A DNA stretch of 64,000 bases, taken from the NCBI GenBank assembly GCA_035221665.1, contig CM069148.1, positions 45,880,001 to 45,944,000 on the forward strand. The letters are read 5' to 3'. The stretch's first letter is position 1. Each line of letters begins with the position of its first letter. A model generated the notes under the pieces. That model was not told the DNA's origin and did no database searches. It was given only the letters and a program-made list of their open reading frames with translations. This document shows positions 63,801-64,000 of the stretch, in pieces. The translations under genes were made by a program, and so were the position numbers. Origin of the DNA: Okamejei kenojei. Taxonomy: Eukaryota.

Positions 63801-64000
63801 AACTGGTACGATGTCCAGTTGTGGTGGCAGATGGAACTCTCATGAGTCTACATTCCTGGAGTCACATGGGATAAACTATATAGAAATGCTGGGGGCATTT
63901 CATGGACTGCGGGCTTACTGTACTAATTCACGGGATTACATGTCCGCTTTCGAATAGATAATGCTACAGTAGTGGCTTACATCAATCATATGGGTGGTAT
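60808..64000 (+). mobile_element. DIRS1-like retrotransposon, degenerate, continuing past the window
   Basis: Abrupt GC-rich start tttacttcggagtcacgtgagtgacttcgtgaag; gag-like region; RT motifs (GCRIIIDLTELNTFVQYTHFKMDT, ACIDLKEACYTVPI, MDYLGFTLDT); DIRS-type RNase H (LLTDASAPGWGA, INYIEMLGA, IDNATVVAYINHMGG); several stops and frameshifts. Confidence 0.88.

Overview
Vertebrate genomic DNA. The repeat landscape (CR1, Rex1/Babar, Penelope-like fragments, tRNA-SINEs, DIRS) suggests a cartilaginous fish such as a skate or ray; this is inference. The window holds the central and 3' part of one gel-forming mucin gene (MUC5/MUC2 family) on the minus strand, whose 5' end lies beyond position 64000. 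Eighteen phase-compatible GT-AG exons at 538-20235 (2498 nt, about 830 aa) encode the pre-D4 Cys-rich segment, VWD4-C8-TIL, VWC-type modules and an 11-Cys C-terminal cystine knot. Upstream, where mammalian orthologues have one giant PTS/CysD exon, there is a tandem array of symmetric phase-1 exons: 28 intact 213-nt exons (15 type A, 13 type B) in a ~2.2-kb repeat, one diverged 219-nt exon, one frameshifted copy, 14 dead exon remnants and one inverted remnant. Spliced together they give about 30 six-Cys modules joined by ~26-aa Thr-rich linkers. A degenerate DIRS1-like retrotransposon interrupts the array at ~60808. Introns contain LINE, SINE and MITE fragments and a 173-N gap.
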